64,000 bases of DNA from a virus. The notes below the pieces were generated by a model. That model had not been told where the DNA came from, made no database searches, and saw only the letters and a list, made by a program, of their open reading frames with translations. Location of the stretch: positions 224,001 to 288,000 of the IMG/VR virus record IMGVR_UViG_3300045988_170943; one strand, written 5' to 3'. The translations under genes and the position numbers were made by a program. Numbering within the stretch: the stretch's first letter is position 1; every line of letters begins with the position of its first letter. Below are positions 37,572-47,404 of the stretch, piece after piece.

Positions 37572-38120
37572 ATGGCGGCTGGTCCAGGTGGCAAGAAAGT
37601 TCGCGTATCGACAGGTGTTCTCACCAGGATGCTGTCAACGGCCGCAGTCAGGTGGGTGGGCGTCGCGCTCGCTATCCTTGGCGTCGTCTACCTGTGTTTC
37701 GCAGCCACTCTGCTGCGCGTCGTTCTACTTCGGGACAACAGTGTCGTACCAGTGAAGAACCTGACGTTCGAGGGCGGTATAGCGCCAGTCGGGTCGAAGG
37801 TGCTCGTCGATCCTGGCAACCATGATGGTGGTATCCTTGACCACTTGAAACAGTCTCTCACCCCATCCAGGCAGGCCAGTGTCGTCACCATTGAGGCTGG
37901 CCCCATCGGCAGACTCCAGTACGCTGACCCGATCCTCACCGTCGATGGGAAGGCTGTGACAAAAATCCACAGCGAAGGCTACAGGGCTATCACTGAGGGC
38001 AGGGACGGCAAGTTCCTCAGAGATGAGTACGTAGTCCGCTGTGTTCAGGGTAACTGCACCCCAGGCGAGGTGTTCATCGTCCCGAAGGAGAAAGTCATCG
38101 GCCAGACCCTCCAGCAATAA
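37572..38120 (+). CDS. hypothetical single-pass membrane protein
   Basis: ATG with a gaagga RBS and an N-terminal TM. Confidence 0.4.
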   Translation: MAAGPGGKKVRVSTGVLTRMLSTAAVRWVGVALAILGVVYLCFAATLLRVVLLRDNSVVPVKNLTFEGGIAPVGSKVLVDPGNHDGGILDHLKQSLTPSRQASVVTIEAGPIGRLQYADPILTVDGKAVTKIHSEGYRAITEGRDGKFLRDEYVVRCVQGNCTPGEVFIVPKEKVIGQTLQQ

Positions 38121-38227
38121 TAGTGCACCCCGACCGGCCAACAACTCACGGAAGAGCCAGTCAGCCAAGGGGACACTCGCCCAACACTATCTAGAGTGAA
38201 AGACACGAAAAGGGGACATGAGGACAC

Positions 38228-38512
38228 ATGCCAGGACCATTCGACGAGTTAGTCGGTAGCCGGATGACAGACCCGGATGAACGACAGGCCAAGGAGATCA
38301 CCCGCAGCAAGACAAGAAAAGGGCGACTTCACCATAGAGGGTCCGTGTCCGAGCAGTCCGCGGGCCTGTACCTTGGTGCACTCAGGATGATCCTGTTTGT
38401 TCTAGTGGTTGCGGCTGCGCTCTGGGCAGCGAAGTACGGGATCGAGACCTATATAGGGCACCCGATCAACTGGCACGATGCAACACTAGCACCCGTCCCT
38501 GTGGTGAGATAA
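38228..38512 (+). CDS. small membrane protein
   Basis: ATG with an aaaagggga RBS and a central TM. The stop overlaps the next start (TAATG). Confidence 0.35.
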   Translation: MPGPFDELVGSRMTDPDERQAKEITRSKTRKGRLHHRGSVSEQSAGLYLGALRMILFVLVVAAALWAAKYGIETYIGHPINWHDATLAPVPVVR

Positions 38513-38976
38513 TGGGACACACAGGCATCCAGCAGATCGTAGCCCTCAGAGAAGGCCAAGGAGATAAGACAGCCCTCAGTCGGGAACTCGTGCACATACT
38601 AAAATGCGGGGATCCGCGAGCGCTCAACTCACTGGCCGTATCGATCCTCAGGGGGGTCCAGCCCAAGTGCTTACCTGTGGGTGACATCCTGAAAACCCCC
38701 ATGAGTACGATCCGTTGCACCACATACCAGGCCCCAGGTGGTGACACGTATGTCGCTCTCGGAGTCGCATACCTACAGGACTACAGGAACCCCGACCCCA
38801 CCTTGGACACAACCATCCTGGACGCTACTGTGAACTATGTGCAGTCAGTGAACCTCGACCAGGTGATCACCGACATCACCATCAACAACCACCAGCACAC
38901 CATCCACCCCGCCACACCCAACATCACAGACAGTGGCAGTACGCGCGGGCGACAGCGAGAGGAGGGCACCAAGTGA
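38512..38976 (+). CDS. hypothetical protein
   Basis: TAATG coupling with the upstream gene. Confidence 0.35.
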   Translation: MGHTGIQQIVALREGQGDKTALSRELVHILKCGDPRALNSLAVSILRGVQPKCLPVGDILKTPMSTIRCTTYQAPGGDTYVALGVAYLQDYRNPDPTLDTTILDATVNYVQSVNLDQVITDITINNHQHTIHPATPNITDSGSTRGRQREEGTK

Positions 38977-39380
38977 GCGACCCCACGGTCAAAAATGGAC
39001 TGCCCTACACGGTGCCAGACGACCGGCCCTCCTACCCCATCCCCAAGGCAGACATAACTGGGTTCACCGTCCCCGCTGAACTTATCGCCCGCCAGTACAC
39101 CCCCAAGGACCGCGACACCATAATCGCAATCCACCACGAGTTAACCAAGCATGGTGCAGTCGATAACCACTCCACATTCACCGACCCTGCCGCCAGCACC
39201 ATCAGCCTCGTCAACAAAATCCTGGACGAAGCGAACCAGGCGGCACAATTCGAGAGAGACATACACCCTCACCTGTACGACCAAGACACCATGAGCGTCC
39301 TTGACTCAATGGACAAGGATTACCAGGGCGACGAGAACCCCCTCATAGACGGCCTTGACGAACACGGCAACCCATGGTGA
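38973..39380 (+). CDS. hypothetical protein
   Basis: GTG start overlapping the upstream stop (GTGA), with a gagaggaggg RBS. Confidence 0.35.
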   Translation: MSDPTVKNGLPYTVPDDRPSYPIPKADITGFTVPAELIARQYTPKDRDTIIAIHHELTKHGAVDNHSTFTDPAASTISLVNKILDEANQAAQFERDIHPHLYDQDTMSVLDSMDKDYQGDENPLIDGLDEHGNPW

Positions 39381-39434
39381 CCTGTGTCACACTGCAAACA
39401 AGACCGTCACACTCATATAAGCATATCACAAACA

Positions 39435-39470
39435 GTTGACAATCGCCACCCCAATAGTGTAGTGTACACC
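39435..39470 (+). promoter_or_regulatory. sigma-70-like promoter candidate (TTGACA-18-TAGTGT) in the 275-bp leader upstream of the sigma factor gene
   Basis: ttgacaatcgccaccccaatagtgtagtgt. A second ATTGACA lies at about 39614. Confidence 0.3.
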
Positions 39471-39655
39471 ACAGATCGCTCCGGGTAGGAGAGCAGCCTC
39501 AAAGGTCAGCGGTCAACACTCGTCGTTAGGGTACTGCTGGTTGCGTTCACACCTAGCCTGTTGCTGGCTAACGTGTCGATATTTGGCGGGCACTTTAACA
39601 CGGGTGTAGCCATAATTGACAAAAATACGAGGCTTAGCAACAACAAGAGGTGACA

Positions 39656-40600
39656 ATGGCTACCTACCAGTACCTTACCCGCGAGCAGGAACTAGCCTAT
39701 GGGCGCCAGGTCCAGGCCATGCTGAAGGTGAAGAAGGATGCCGAAGGTGAAGGCATCGACCTGGAAAAGTTACAGCAAGGTCCAGTCAACAAGATCAAGG
39801 ACCCAGAACTCAGGAAGATACGCACCATCCTAGATGACGGGAACCGTGCAGCAGAAGCACTCATCGAAGCGAACACTGGACTCGTCATCGACAGGGCCAA
39901 GAGATTCAAGGAAGCATACCCTTCCGCACCTGACCTCGAAGACATCATCCAGGACGGGAAAGCCGGGCTAGTGCGGGCAGTGTGGAAGTACGACCCCAGC
40001 CGCGGACTGAAGTTCTCCACAATGGCTGTCCCATGGATCTTCCAGTCCATCAGCAGGTCAGCGAACCAGGTCAGCCGCCCTATCAGGCTACCAGAGAACC
40101 GTGTCGATCAGTTGTCCAAGATCATGCGCATGCGTAAGGATTACGCCGACACCGGAATGCGCATGAAGGAGATCGATCAGGAGATCATGCAGAAACTTGG
40201 CCTGTCCAAGGAAGTGTTCGACTCCATCGTCCACGCTTCTGTCCCACTGGTGTCACTGAATGTGGAGATCAGGGATGGCGACACTCATAAGGAACTGGGA
40301 GACCTCATCAACCTCGGCCAGGAGCCATCCGTGGAGGAGCGATTCGAGCAGACTGCGATGAGCCGGGAACTCACCTCTGCGATCCTCTCACTGGGGGACA
40401 TGAACGCAGACATCATCGCCGCAGCATTCGGCATTCACCTCCCTGGCCGGGCGCTAATGCGACCCAAGGATGCGAAGACTAAGTGGCACATATCCAACAA
40501 GACGTATGCGATGCGACTTAAGGCAGCAGTTGAGGCACTAAGGCAGGTGCTCTCATCTAAGGGGCTCACATACTTGGACCTGGCCGCTGCCGCCCAGTAG
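39656..40600 (+). CDS. sigma-70 family RNA polymerase sigma factor
   Basis: Region 2 is LIEANTGLVIDRAKRF...DLEDIIQDGKAGLVRAVWKYDPSRGLKFSTMAVPWIFQSISRS (cf. [37 protein letters not shown]). Region 3 and a region-4 HTH are also visible. ATG at 39656 with an aagagg RBS. Confidence 0.8.
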   Translation: MATYQYLTREQELAYGRQVQAMLKVKKDAEGEGIDLEKLQQGPVNKIKDPELRKIRTILDDGNRAAEALIEANTGLVIDRAKRFKEAYPSAPDLEDIIQDGKAGLVRAVWKYDPSRGLKFSTMAVPWIFQSISRSANQVSRPIRLPENRVDQLSKIMRMRKDYADTGMRMKEIDQEIMQKLGLSKEVFDSIVHASVPLVSLNVEIRDGDTHKELGDLINLGQEPSVEERFEQTAMSRELTSAILSLGDMNADIIAAAFGIHLPGRALMRPKDAKTKWHISNKTYAMRLKAAVEALRQVLSSKGLTYLDLAAAAQ

Positions 40601-40679
40601 CACAAGCCGAACCTACATTCCTCCACTCCGCCACGGCGTGAACAATGACCAGTGGAGAGAGTGAGGAACCACCTGCCGT

Positions 40680-40730
40680 AATGGTTGGGGCTAAAGCATG
40701 TCGGTAAGATGATGCATAGCCCCAACCATT
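40680..40730 (+). terminator. 14-bp stem-loop after the sigma factor gene
   Basis: aatggttggggcta / tagccccaaccatt with a 23-nt loop. Confidence 0.35.
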
Positions 40731-40804
40731 CACGTATTGGCGCCCCCACCACAGAAGAATAAACAGAAGAAGGGCTCCAATACTACATGACACCGAGGTA
40801 GGTA

Positions 40805-41095
40805 ATGGCTAAGAAGAAGAACAGGCGCACCCCCATTTACATCGGGTTCCATGTGCCGTCACACACATCCACGGAACATGCACTCGCCACCATAAGTGGC
40901 GCCACCAAGATGCTACTGGACGACGGAACCTGGAAAACCATGGGTATCAACGAAGGAGACGAGATAGTAGTAGCCTTCACCACCCCCACCAGTGCGCACG
41001 CCCCCGAGTTCTTCCAGTCGCTCCAGTCCCTACTGTCCGTCACCCAAGACTTCACCCCACACTTCACCCAGTGGACCAAGGAGGACACCCAGTGA
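40805..41095 (+). CDS. small hypothetical protein
   Basis: ATG with a gaggtaggtaATG RBS. Confidence 0.35.
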   Translation: MAKKKNRRTPIYIGFHVPSHTSTEHALATISGATKMLLDDGTWKTMGINEGDEIVVAFTTPTSAHAPEFFQSLQSLLSVTQDFTPHFTQWTKEDTQ

Positions 41096-42366
41096 TCGGT
41101 GACGCCATCTACACCCGTGAAGAGTTCCTAAAACAGCCCGTAGACTTCCGTATCGGCGGGATCATCAGTGACGGCCAGTGGTACAGTTTCCCGAAGTGGA
41201 AGATGATGAGCAACTGCACCGAAGAGGAACTGTCCGCATGGATCGAAGAGCACATGCTTGACGGAAGTCTCCTCCAGTCCCCAACGGGCGCGAAGTCGTA
41301 CCGACTACGCCTGGATGCGATGCTTGACTGGTACAATGACCACGACCTTGAGTTCCCCGGCCAACTCACCAAGTTCATCTACCCGCCCAGGGTGTGGGAC
41401 GGCATGACGGAGGTTGATGGATTCCTTAAAGCCCCGCTACGTACCATCGGTATAGTTTCCTTCAACTGCTCCAACAGCACGGCAGAGAGGATCACTGAAG
41501 AACTCCGAGGTATTGCCAGAGTCCGTGAGGTTGAGCCAGGCAGGTGGAAAGCATTCTGCCTGAACGCCCAGTATGTTCGCAGTATTGTCGCCAGCATCCT
41601 GGATGAGGTGGACGACCCTGGTAAGAAGATCCACACGATGACGGCCGCAAAACGCCGGGAGATGCAGGACTTCACTGACGAGTTCAATCGGGGCATGCTT
41701 GCTTTCTATGTCTCATACTCTAAAGAGAACACGCTGAAGAGCCTCATGGAGACCATCAGGATTTTCATCCCGAACGAGGAAGACCAGAACTCACAGATCA
41801 CCGAGTGGGTTATTCTCGCTATTCAAAAGTTCGATGAGTCCGCGTCCGTCCCATTCAGCGGCTACCTAGACGCAGTACTGAAACGGTGGCCCTTTGACCT
41901 GCCGCAAGCGCACCTGGGGAAGGAACTGAGCACCTTCCAACGCAACCGCTCACGCGCTATCAAGGCTCTCAAGAAGCGTTTCAAGGGCCGGGAAATGTTC
42001 ACTAGCAGCGAGTTAGCAGAAGAGATGGACATATCCATGGCTAAGTTCGCCGACCTAGATGAGAAGCACAACGTGTGGCTTCGCACAAAGAGGGCCACGG
42101 AACTGAATTGGGAAGGACGCTCTGACGAGAAAGAGGCAGACCAGCACTCCAACATCATGATGGGTGGCGTCGGCACAATCCCCTCAGACATCACCCTAGC
42201 CCACAAACTATCTGTCGCGGTAGTTTCGTCCGCTATTGATACTGGAAGGTTCGACGACGCCTACACGCTGATCAGTCAGATCGACGTCAGAGACATTGAC
42301 ATGAAACAGGTGGAGTCTCTGTCACCAGAGTTCGTGAAGGCGCTCGGGTCGAAACTCGCAATCTAA
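41092..42366 (+). CDS. hypothetical protein
   Basis: GTG at 41092 overlaps the upstream stop (GTGA), with an aaggagga RBS. The ORF-track start at 41071 would overlap the previous gene. Confidence 0.45.
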   Translation: MIGDAIYTREEFLKQPVDFRIGGIISDGQWYSFPKWKMMSNCTEEELSAWIEEHMLDGSLLQSPTGAKSYRLRLDAMLDWYNDHDLEFPGQLTKFIYPPRVWDGMTEVDGFLKAPLRTIGIVSFNCSNSTAERITEELRGIARVREVEPGRWKAFCLNAQYVRSIVASILDEVDDPGKKIHTMTAAKRREMQDFTDEFNRGMLAFYVSYSKENTLKSLMETIRIFIPNEEDQNSQITEWVILAIQKFDESASVPFSGYLDAVLKRWPFDLPQAHLGKELSTFQRNRSRAIKALKKRFKGREMFTSSELAEEMDISMAKFADLDEKHNVWLRTKRATELNWEGRSDEKEADQHSNIMMGGVGTIPSDITLAHKLSVAVVSSAIDTGRFDDAYTLISQIDVRDIDMKQVESLSPEFVKALGSKLAI

Positions 42367-42393
42367 CCTCATTGAGTATCCAGGAGACGGCAC

Positions 42394-42903
42394 ATGCCCA
42401 GACTAACCCAGCAGGAGAGAGACTTCATCCAGGAGTCCCTAGGCCACACGACCAGTGCCCCCAAGAACAATCTAGACGAGGACACAGCCACTACTAGGGA
42501 TGCGGAAGGTGCGGGCAGCGAAGTGACATCCAGCCAAGAGGATGACAGGGCTCGCACCAGCCGGAGGCACCGCAACCTGGAACGCAACGTGAGATTCTGG
42601 GCAAACCCCATATTCTGGATGTCCCTCATCATGGTGGCAGCGTCCTTATTCACTGGTGCCGTCACCTGGCTGGACTACCGGGCCAGAACATACCTAGGTG
42701 ACTCTATCGACTGGCTGGTGCAGCAGGGCCTATCGGAGGACTTCATCAAGATCACGAACCAGGCTGGTATGGGGTGGCTCCCAGACTTCATCCGGTTCTA
42801 CCCGTACAGGTGGACTGCTGTCGGGGCCGTGTGGGTTATTGCTGTTGCCATCATTCTCATCATCATGTTCATCGACTACCAGCGACACAAGGAGGACAAG
42901 TGA
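42394..42903 (+). CDS. hypothetical membrane protein (2 TM)
   Basis: ATG with a caggagacgg RBS. Two hydrophobic helices. Confidence 0.4.
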   Translation: MPRLTQQERDFIQESLGHTTSAPKNNLDEDTATTRDAEGAGSEVTSSQEDDRARTSRRHRNLERNVRFWANPIFWMSLIMVAASLFTGAVTWLDYRARTYLGDSIDWLVQQGLSEDFIKITNQAGMGWLPDFIRFYPYRWTAVGAVWVIAVAIILIIMFIDYQRHKEDK

Positions 42904-43676
42904 CCAGCAGGCCCAAAGGCGACCGGGACAAGACCTCCAAGAATAGTGGCGCTAGCAGCAAGAGCAAAGGACACACAACAAAGGAAACAACCATTAGGGA
43001 GGCTAGCAAGTCAACCGTGAGGATCCCCAGGTCGCTCGCGTTCATCCGTACCCGAAACGGGGCCATAATCACCTCCCTAGCGGCCGTCATTCTCGCACTC
43101 TCCATACTGCTGACCATCAGTATCACGAACAGTGGTCAGATCATTCCTGCCAGCAAGGAAGAGCAAACCACCAGCACAACCACCACTAGGGGGCTGTCTG
43201 GTCGCACTGCCGACGAGGACAAGGCGGACGCTGTTGCAACCGCAGCGACCCTCCTCAACGCCGCCAACAAGCACACTGGCGACCAGACAGCAGACCAGAG
43301 AGTCCAGGCCCTAGAGCAGTCAGGCGACCACAGTAGCCTCGCGGACCTGACCACCATGGATGCCCTCACCAGGTACACACCCGAGTTCGACGAAGCCCTG
43401 AAAACCACCACCAGACAGTCACTCATTAAGGCGTCCTCACTGCTAGACGACAACAACGACGGCAAGATCGAGGTCAGGGGCAACAAGCCCCACCAGTACG
43501 TGTACCTTGACCAGCAGGCAGGGGTAGCCTATATCCCCCTCCAGGTGTTCTCCGAACACGCCCCAGCGTTCTCCCTAGAGATGGTGTACGTCGATGGGCA
43601 GTGGAGGTTCGCCCCATACACCCTCCTAGACGCCATCAGACTGTCAGCAGCCCTAGGGGGCACACAACAGCACTAG
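42900..43676 (+). CDS. hypothetical Ser/Thr-rich protein with one TM segment
   Basis: GTG at 42900 overlaps the upstream stop (GTGA). The ORF-track start at 42774 would overlap the previous gene by 130 nt. Confidence 0.4.
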   Translation: MTSRPKGDRDKTSKNSGASSKSKGHTTKETTIREASKSTVRIPRSLAFIRTRNGAIITSLAAVILALSILLTISITNSGQIIPASKEEQTTSTTTTRGLSGRTADEDKADAVATAATLLNAANKHTGDQTADQRVQALEQSGDHSSLADLTTMDALTRYTPEFDEALKTTTRQSLIKASSLLDDNNDGKIEVRGNKPHQYVYLDQQAGVAYIPLQVFSEHAPAFSLEMVYVDGQWRFAPYTLLDAIRLSAALGGTQQH

Positions 43677-43797
43677 TATCCACACAATCACCAGGGGCAC
43701 CTACAACGAGTTCACAGGCAACTTGGGGTGCCCCTGTGTACGTGTCGGTAACATGAACATGCCCCCGCACATACTATAGGTGTTTAGAGAACCCCGC

Positions 43798-46101
43798 ATG
43801 AGCATTAGCCTGAGAAGCGTTGAACTGTCCAACATCCGCCACCACAAGCACTTCATGTTCAAGCCCGCTGACACTGGAGTCACCACCATACGTGGGGCCA
43901 CCGGGGCAGGTAAGTCCAGCATCGTTGACTCTGTAGCCTGGACCCTGTTCGGAACCAAGCCGCGAGGGGTCACAAAAAACAGTGCCATCATGCGAGATCA
44001 GGCCATCTGGGGGGAGGATAAGTTCTACGCCCGCATCACCCTCAACGTGGACGACACTGTGATGATGGTGGAGCGACGCATCGTTTCCAAGACCGGGACC
44101 GTCGAGTGCGACGTATGGGAGACACCCCAAAACACGTACACTGGTGACGACAGTGCGTTCACTGACGACACACACAAGGCCGGGGCGTCCGTCACCAGTG
44201 CTGAATCCTACATTAGGTCCAGGATCAAGATGGATGCGAAAGGGTTCCTCGCCGCCGTCCTCGTCCAGCAGAAGCAGGTAGACTCCCTTGTCACGGCCAG
44301 CCCCACGGAGCGGGCACAGGTCATTGAGAAACTGACCGGAATCTCCGCCGTTACCCTCGCCCTAAAGAAAGCCAGAGAGGTCAGCAGCGAGCACAAGAAA
44401 ACACTCGCCTCAACAAACGTTGACGAAAAGCGGTCCGTTGAACTACACCAGCAGGCAGACGCCCTCAACAAGGAGATCACCGCCCTCACTGACTCCCTCT
44501 CCAAACAGGAGAAAAGATGCCAGGACGCCAGAACCAAGCACAAGGAGGCAGAGCAGGAGTATACGCACCTGAGTGACCTGTATGAGCAACAGGAAACCAA
44601 GGTACGCAAGGTCAACGAGAACACCGCCCTCATCAAGTCTCTACAAGCCGACCTGGCGGACATCATCAACCAGAAGAAGGACCTCAAATCCACCATGCGG
44701 GCAGCGGCGGGGGCATCAGTTCCACCAGCGGCCAAAGTCTGGCAGGAGATGATCGACACCCAGTCGTCCTTGTCCGCTGCACGGTCCAGGCATGCCGACC
44801 TCGCCAACAGTATCGCCACCTGGGAGTCCGAGGCCCAGCAAGTCAGTGACACCATGACCACGACAGGTGTCACCACCATACAAGACGCCGAACAGGCCAA
44901 GGCAGAGCACACCGCCAAGGTAGAAGACCTTAAAGCCCAGTCTCACCAGCATGTCGCCGACGGGAAAGCCCTGGAGACCGAGATCACCAAACTACGTAAA
45001 GCCATCACCGCCCTCACCGATGGGGAAGGCACATGCCCCACCTGCCTCCAGAAGGTTGACGCCATCAACACCGTCCTGGCGAAACTTAACCAGGAAGTCT
45101 CCGACGCGGAACAGAAGATCGAACACTACCGTGACCTATACCGGCAGACCGCGACAGCCATCAAGGAGGAGACCAGTCAAGTAGAAGCCCTGAACGAAGC
45201 CATTAAGGCTGTCCACGACCAGGAGGCCCTGACTCAACAAATCAGCCAAGCGAGGACACAGGTCGCCTCTCTGGCTGGACAGGTGAGAGCACTGGAGGCA
45301 CAGGTAGAGTCCACCCGCAAGGTACTCGCCACAGCCGAGGAGAACGAGACCCAGAAAACCAGGTACGACGAACTGGCGGCCAGGGGCCTACACATCTCAG
45401 ACCGGATTGAAGCCCTGGAGAAGGAACTCGACGACATCAAAACCACCACCAGCGGAGGCCCTAACGTCACCCTGAAAAAACTCGCCACACTCAGAGGTAA
45501 GGTAGACACGATGGCAACCAAGGCTCACGAGGCCGACATGAGACGACTCGAAACCCAGTCGCAGATCAACGTCGCTCAGGAACGATCCAGGTCTATCCAG
45601 GTGCAAGCCCAGCAGGTTGACGCTGAGATCGCCAAGTACAAGGACATGCTCACCCAGGTGGAGGAGGCAGTCACCACCACCAATGTCGTCGAAAGGTTCC
45701 GCGAGACCCGCATCGAGGACTCTGTGCCAGTCATCGAGGAGTACGCATCTGACCTGATCTCTAGGTTTACGTCAGGGAAGTTCGTGCGCCTAGAGATGGA
45801 TAAGAAGTTCAACGCCACTGTGGTCCTCGCCGACGGCCGCAGACGCCCAGTAGGAATGCTGTCCGGCGGAGAGATGTCAGCAGCAGCCATCGCCCTCAGA
45901 GTCGCCATCTCCATGCTACTCAACCAAGGCACCAGCCAGAACCTCATCATCCTCGACGAGGTTCTAGTCTCCCAGGACTACACCCGCGCTGAAGCCATCA
46001 TCGAGACTATCCGAGAGATCTGCAAAGGCCAGATCGTCCTCATTGCCCACAACGACTCCATTGACGCACACAGCGACAAAGTGGTCGAAATAACCCCGTA
46101 A
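43798..46101 (+). CDS. Rad50/SbcC-like SMC-family ATPase with a zinc hook
   Basis: Walker A TIRGATGAGKSSIVDSV at the N-terminus and a long central coiled coil containing a CxxC zinc-hook (GEGTCPTCLQKV). The C-terminal ABC signature LSGGEMSAAAIALRVAI is followed by D-loop LIILDEVLVSQD. Confidence 0.7.
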   Translation: MSISLRSVELSNIRHHKHFMFKPADTGVTTIRGATGAGKSSIVDSVAWTLFGTKPRGVTKNSAIMRDQAIWGEDKFYARITLNVDDTVMMVERRIVSKTGTVECDVWETPQNTYTGDDSAFTDDTHKAGASVTSAESYIRSRIKMDAKGFLAAVLVQQKQVDSLVTASPTERAQVIEKLTGISAVTLALKKAREVSSEHKKTLASTNVDEKRSVELHQQADALNKEITALTDSLSKQEKRCQDARTKHKEAEQEYTHLSDLYEQQETKVRKVNENTALIKSLQADLADIINQKKDLKSTMRAAAGASVPPAAKVWQEMIDTQSSLSAARSRHADLANSIATWESEAQQVSDTMTTTGVTTIQDAEQAKAEHTAKVEDLKAQSHQHVADGKALETEITKLRKAITALTDGEGTCPTCLQKVDAINTVLAKLNQEVSDAEQKIEHYRDLYRQTATAIKEETSQVEALNEAIKAVHDQEALTQQISQARTQVASLAGQVRALEAQVESTRKVLATAEENETQKTRYDELAARGLHISDRIEALEKELDDIKTTTSGGPNVTLKKLATLRGKVDTMATKAHEADMRRLETQSQINVAQERSRSIQVQAQQVDAEIAKYKDMLTQVEEAVTTTNVVERFRETRIEDSVPVIEEYASDLISRFTSGKFVRLEMDKKFNATVVLADGRRRPVGMLSGGEMSAAAIALRVAISMLLNQGTSQNLIILDEVLVSQDYTRAEAIIETIREICKGQIVLIAHNDSIDAHSDKVVEITP

Positions 46102-46159
46102 CCAAAACTGGGGATGGTGATATTCGCCCATGATTCCAACATTTTAAGGGAGTAGACAC

Positions 46160-47404
46160 ATGAGCCTGTCACCACAGTGGCGCAACGTCATGGAGGCACT
46201 GTCCGACCCAGCCGTCTCCGAGGTGACAGCAAACGGGCCAGACTCATTCTTCGTATCCAGGGGCGGCACCCGCTACCACATGAAAGACGTCACCTTCAAA
46301 GACGTCGATGACTACATGCAGCAGATCGGCGAAAACCTCATCCCACTGGTCCGATCAGCACACGACTGGGACCCAAACGGCATCCTCTACGAAGGCTACC
46401 TGAGCGCCCGCATCCATGGAAAAAAGGTCGCGGGCCGGTGCACCATCGTCCTCCCCCCAGCCTGCCTGACCGCCCAGATCTGCATCACTAACCGTGTCGC
46501 CTCCCTCACCACCCTGGAAGACATCGCCAGCACCGGGTCCATGAGCACCGAGATGCTGGACTTCATCAAGGCGGCCGTAGACAGCGACCTCACCATCGCC
46601 GTCAGCGGATCCACAGGTGCCGGGAAGACCACCCTCATGGAAGCCTGCACGAAACGGTTCTCCAACACGTCAAGAATCGGTGTCGCTGAGGACATGCCCG
46701 AACTACACCTTGTCCAACCGAACGTCTCCTACCTTAACTCCGTACCCTGGAAACCCGGAATGAAGGAAGAAGAATCCGTGTCCCTGACCTGGGTCGTCCA
46801 ACAGTACCAGCGACTCAGGGTCGATAAGGTGATCGTTGGTGAGGTTCGCGGCAAGGAGTTCGCCGACTTCCTCATCGCCGCGAACTCCGGTCTGGGCGGC
46901 TCCATGATCACCCTCCACGCCGAAGATCCCCAGAACTGCCTAAACAAGATGACCGAGTTCGCGCTCGCCGGTGCACCAGGCAGGCCCATCAAGTCCATCA
47001 ACTCATCCATAGCGAACACCATCGACATCATCATCCAAATGGTCAAGACCCAGGACAAACGCAGACGGGTCTCACACATCCAGCAAGTCACCAGAACCGT
47101 GTCCGACGGCCCGGACGCCAAGATCGTCAGCGCACCCCTCTATTTGTGGGACAAGGAAACAGACACGTTCAGTAAGGCCGGGAACATAGAGGACGCCCTC
47201 AGGCAGAAGATGACAGCCCACGGCATCGACGTCCAAAGGTTCCTCACCTCAGAGATCGGCGCCAGATACCCCTCCCACGGCACAGTCGGCGGCATCACCC
47301 CACACAACAACACCATGCCTGCACCCACACCGGCCCCCGCAATGGGGACACCCGACACGAGTAGCACACAGCCCTTTCCAAGAGTCAGGCGCAGAACCAT
47401 ATGA
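46160..47404 (+). CDS. type II/IV secretion system ATPase (CpaF/TadA/VirB11 family)
   Basis: Walker A TIAVSGSTGAGKTTLM, Asp box IGVAEDMPEL and Walker B RVDKVIVGEVRGKEF, with a His box LGGSMITLHAED. Confidence 0.8.
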   Translation: MSLSPQWRNVMEALSDPAVSEVTANGPDSFFVSRGGTRYHMKDVTFKDVDDYMQQIGENLIPLVRSAHDWDPNGILYEGYLSARIHGKKVAGRCTIVLPPACLTAQICITNRVASLTTLEDIASTGSMSTEMLDFIKAAVDSDLTIAVSGSTGAGKTTLMEACTKRFSNTSRIGVAEDMPELHLVQPNVSYLNSVPWKPGMKEEESVSLTWVVQQYQRLRVDKVIVGEVRGKEFADFLIAANSGLGGSMITLHAEDPQNCLNKMTEFALAGAPGRPIKSINSSIANTIDIIIQMVKTQDKRRRVSHIQQVTRTVSDGPDAKIVSAPLYLWDKETDTFSKAGNIEDALRQKMTAHGIDVQRFLTSEIGARYPSHGTVGGITPHNNTMPAPTPAPAMGTPDTSSTQPFPRVRRRTI

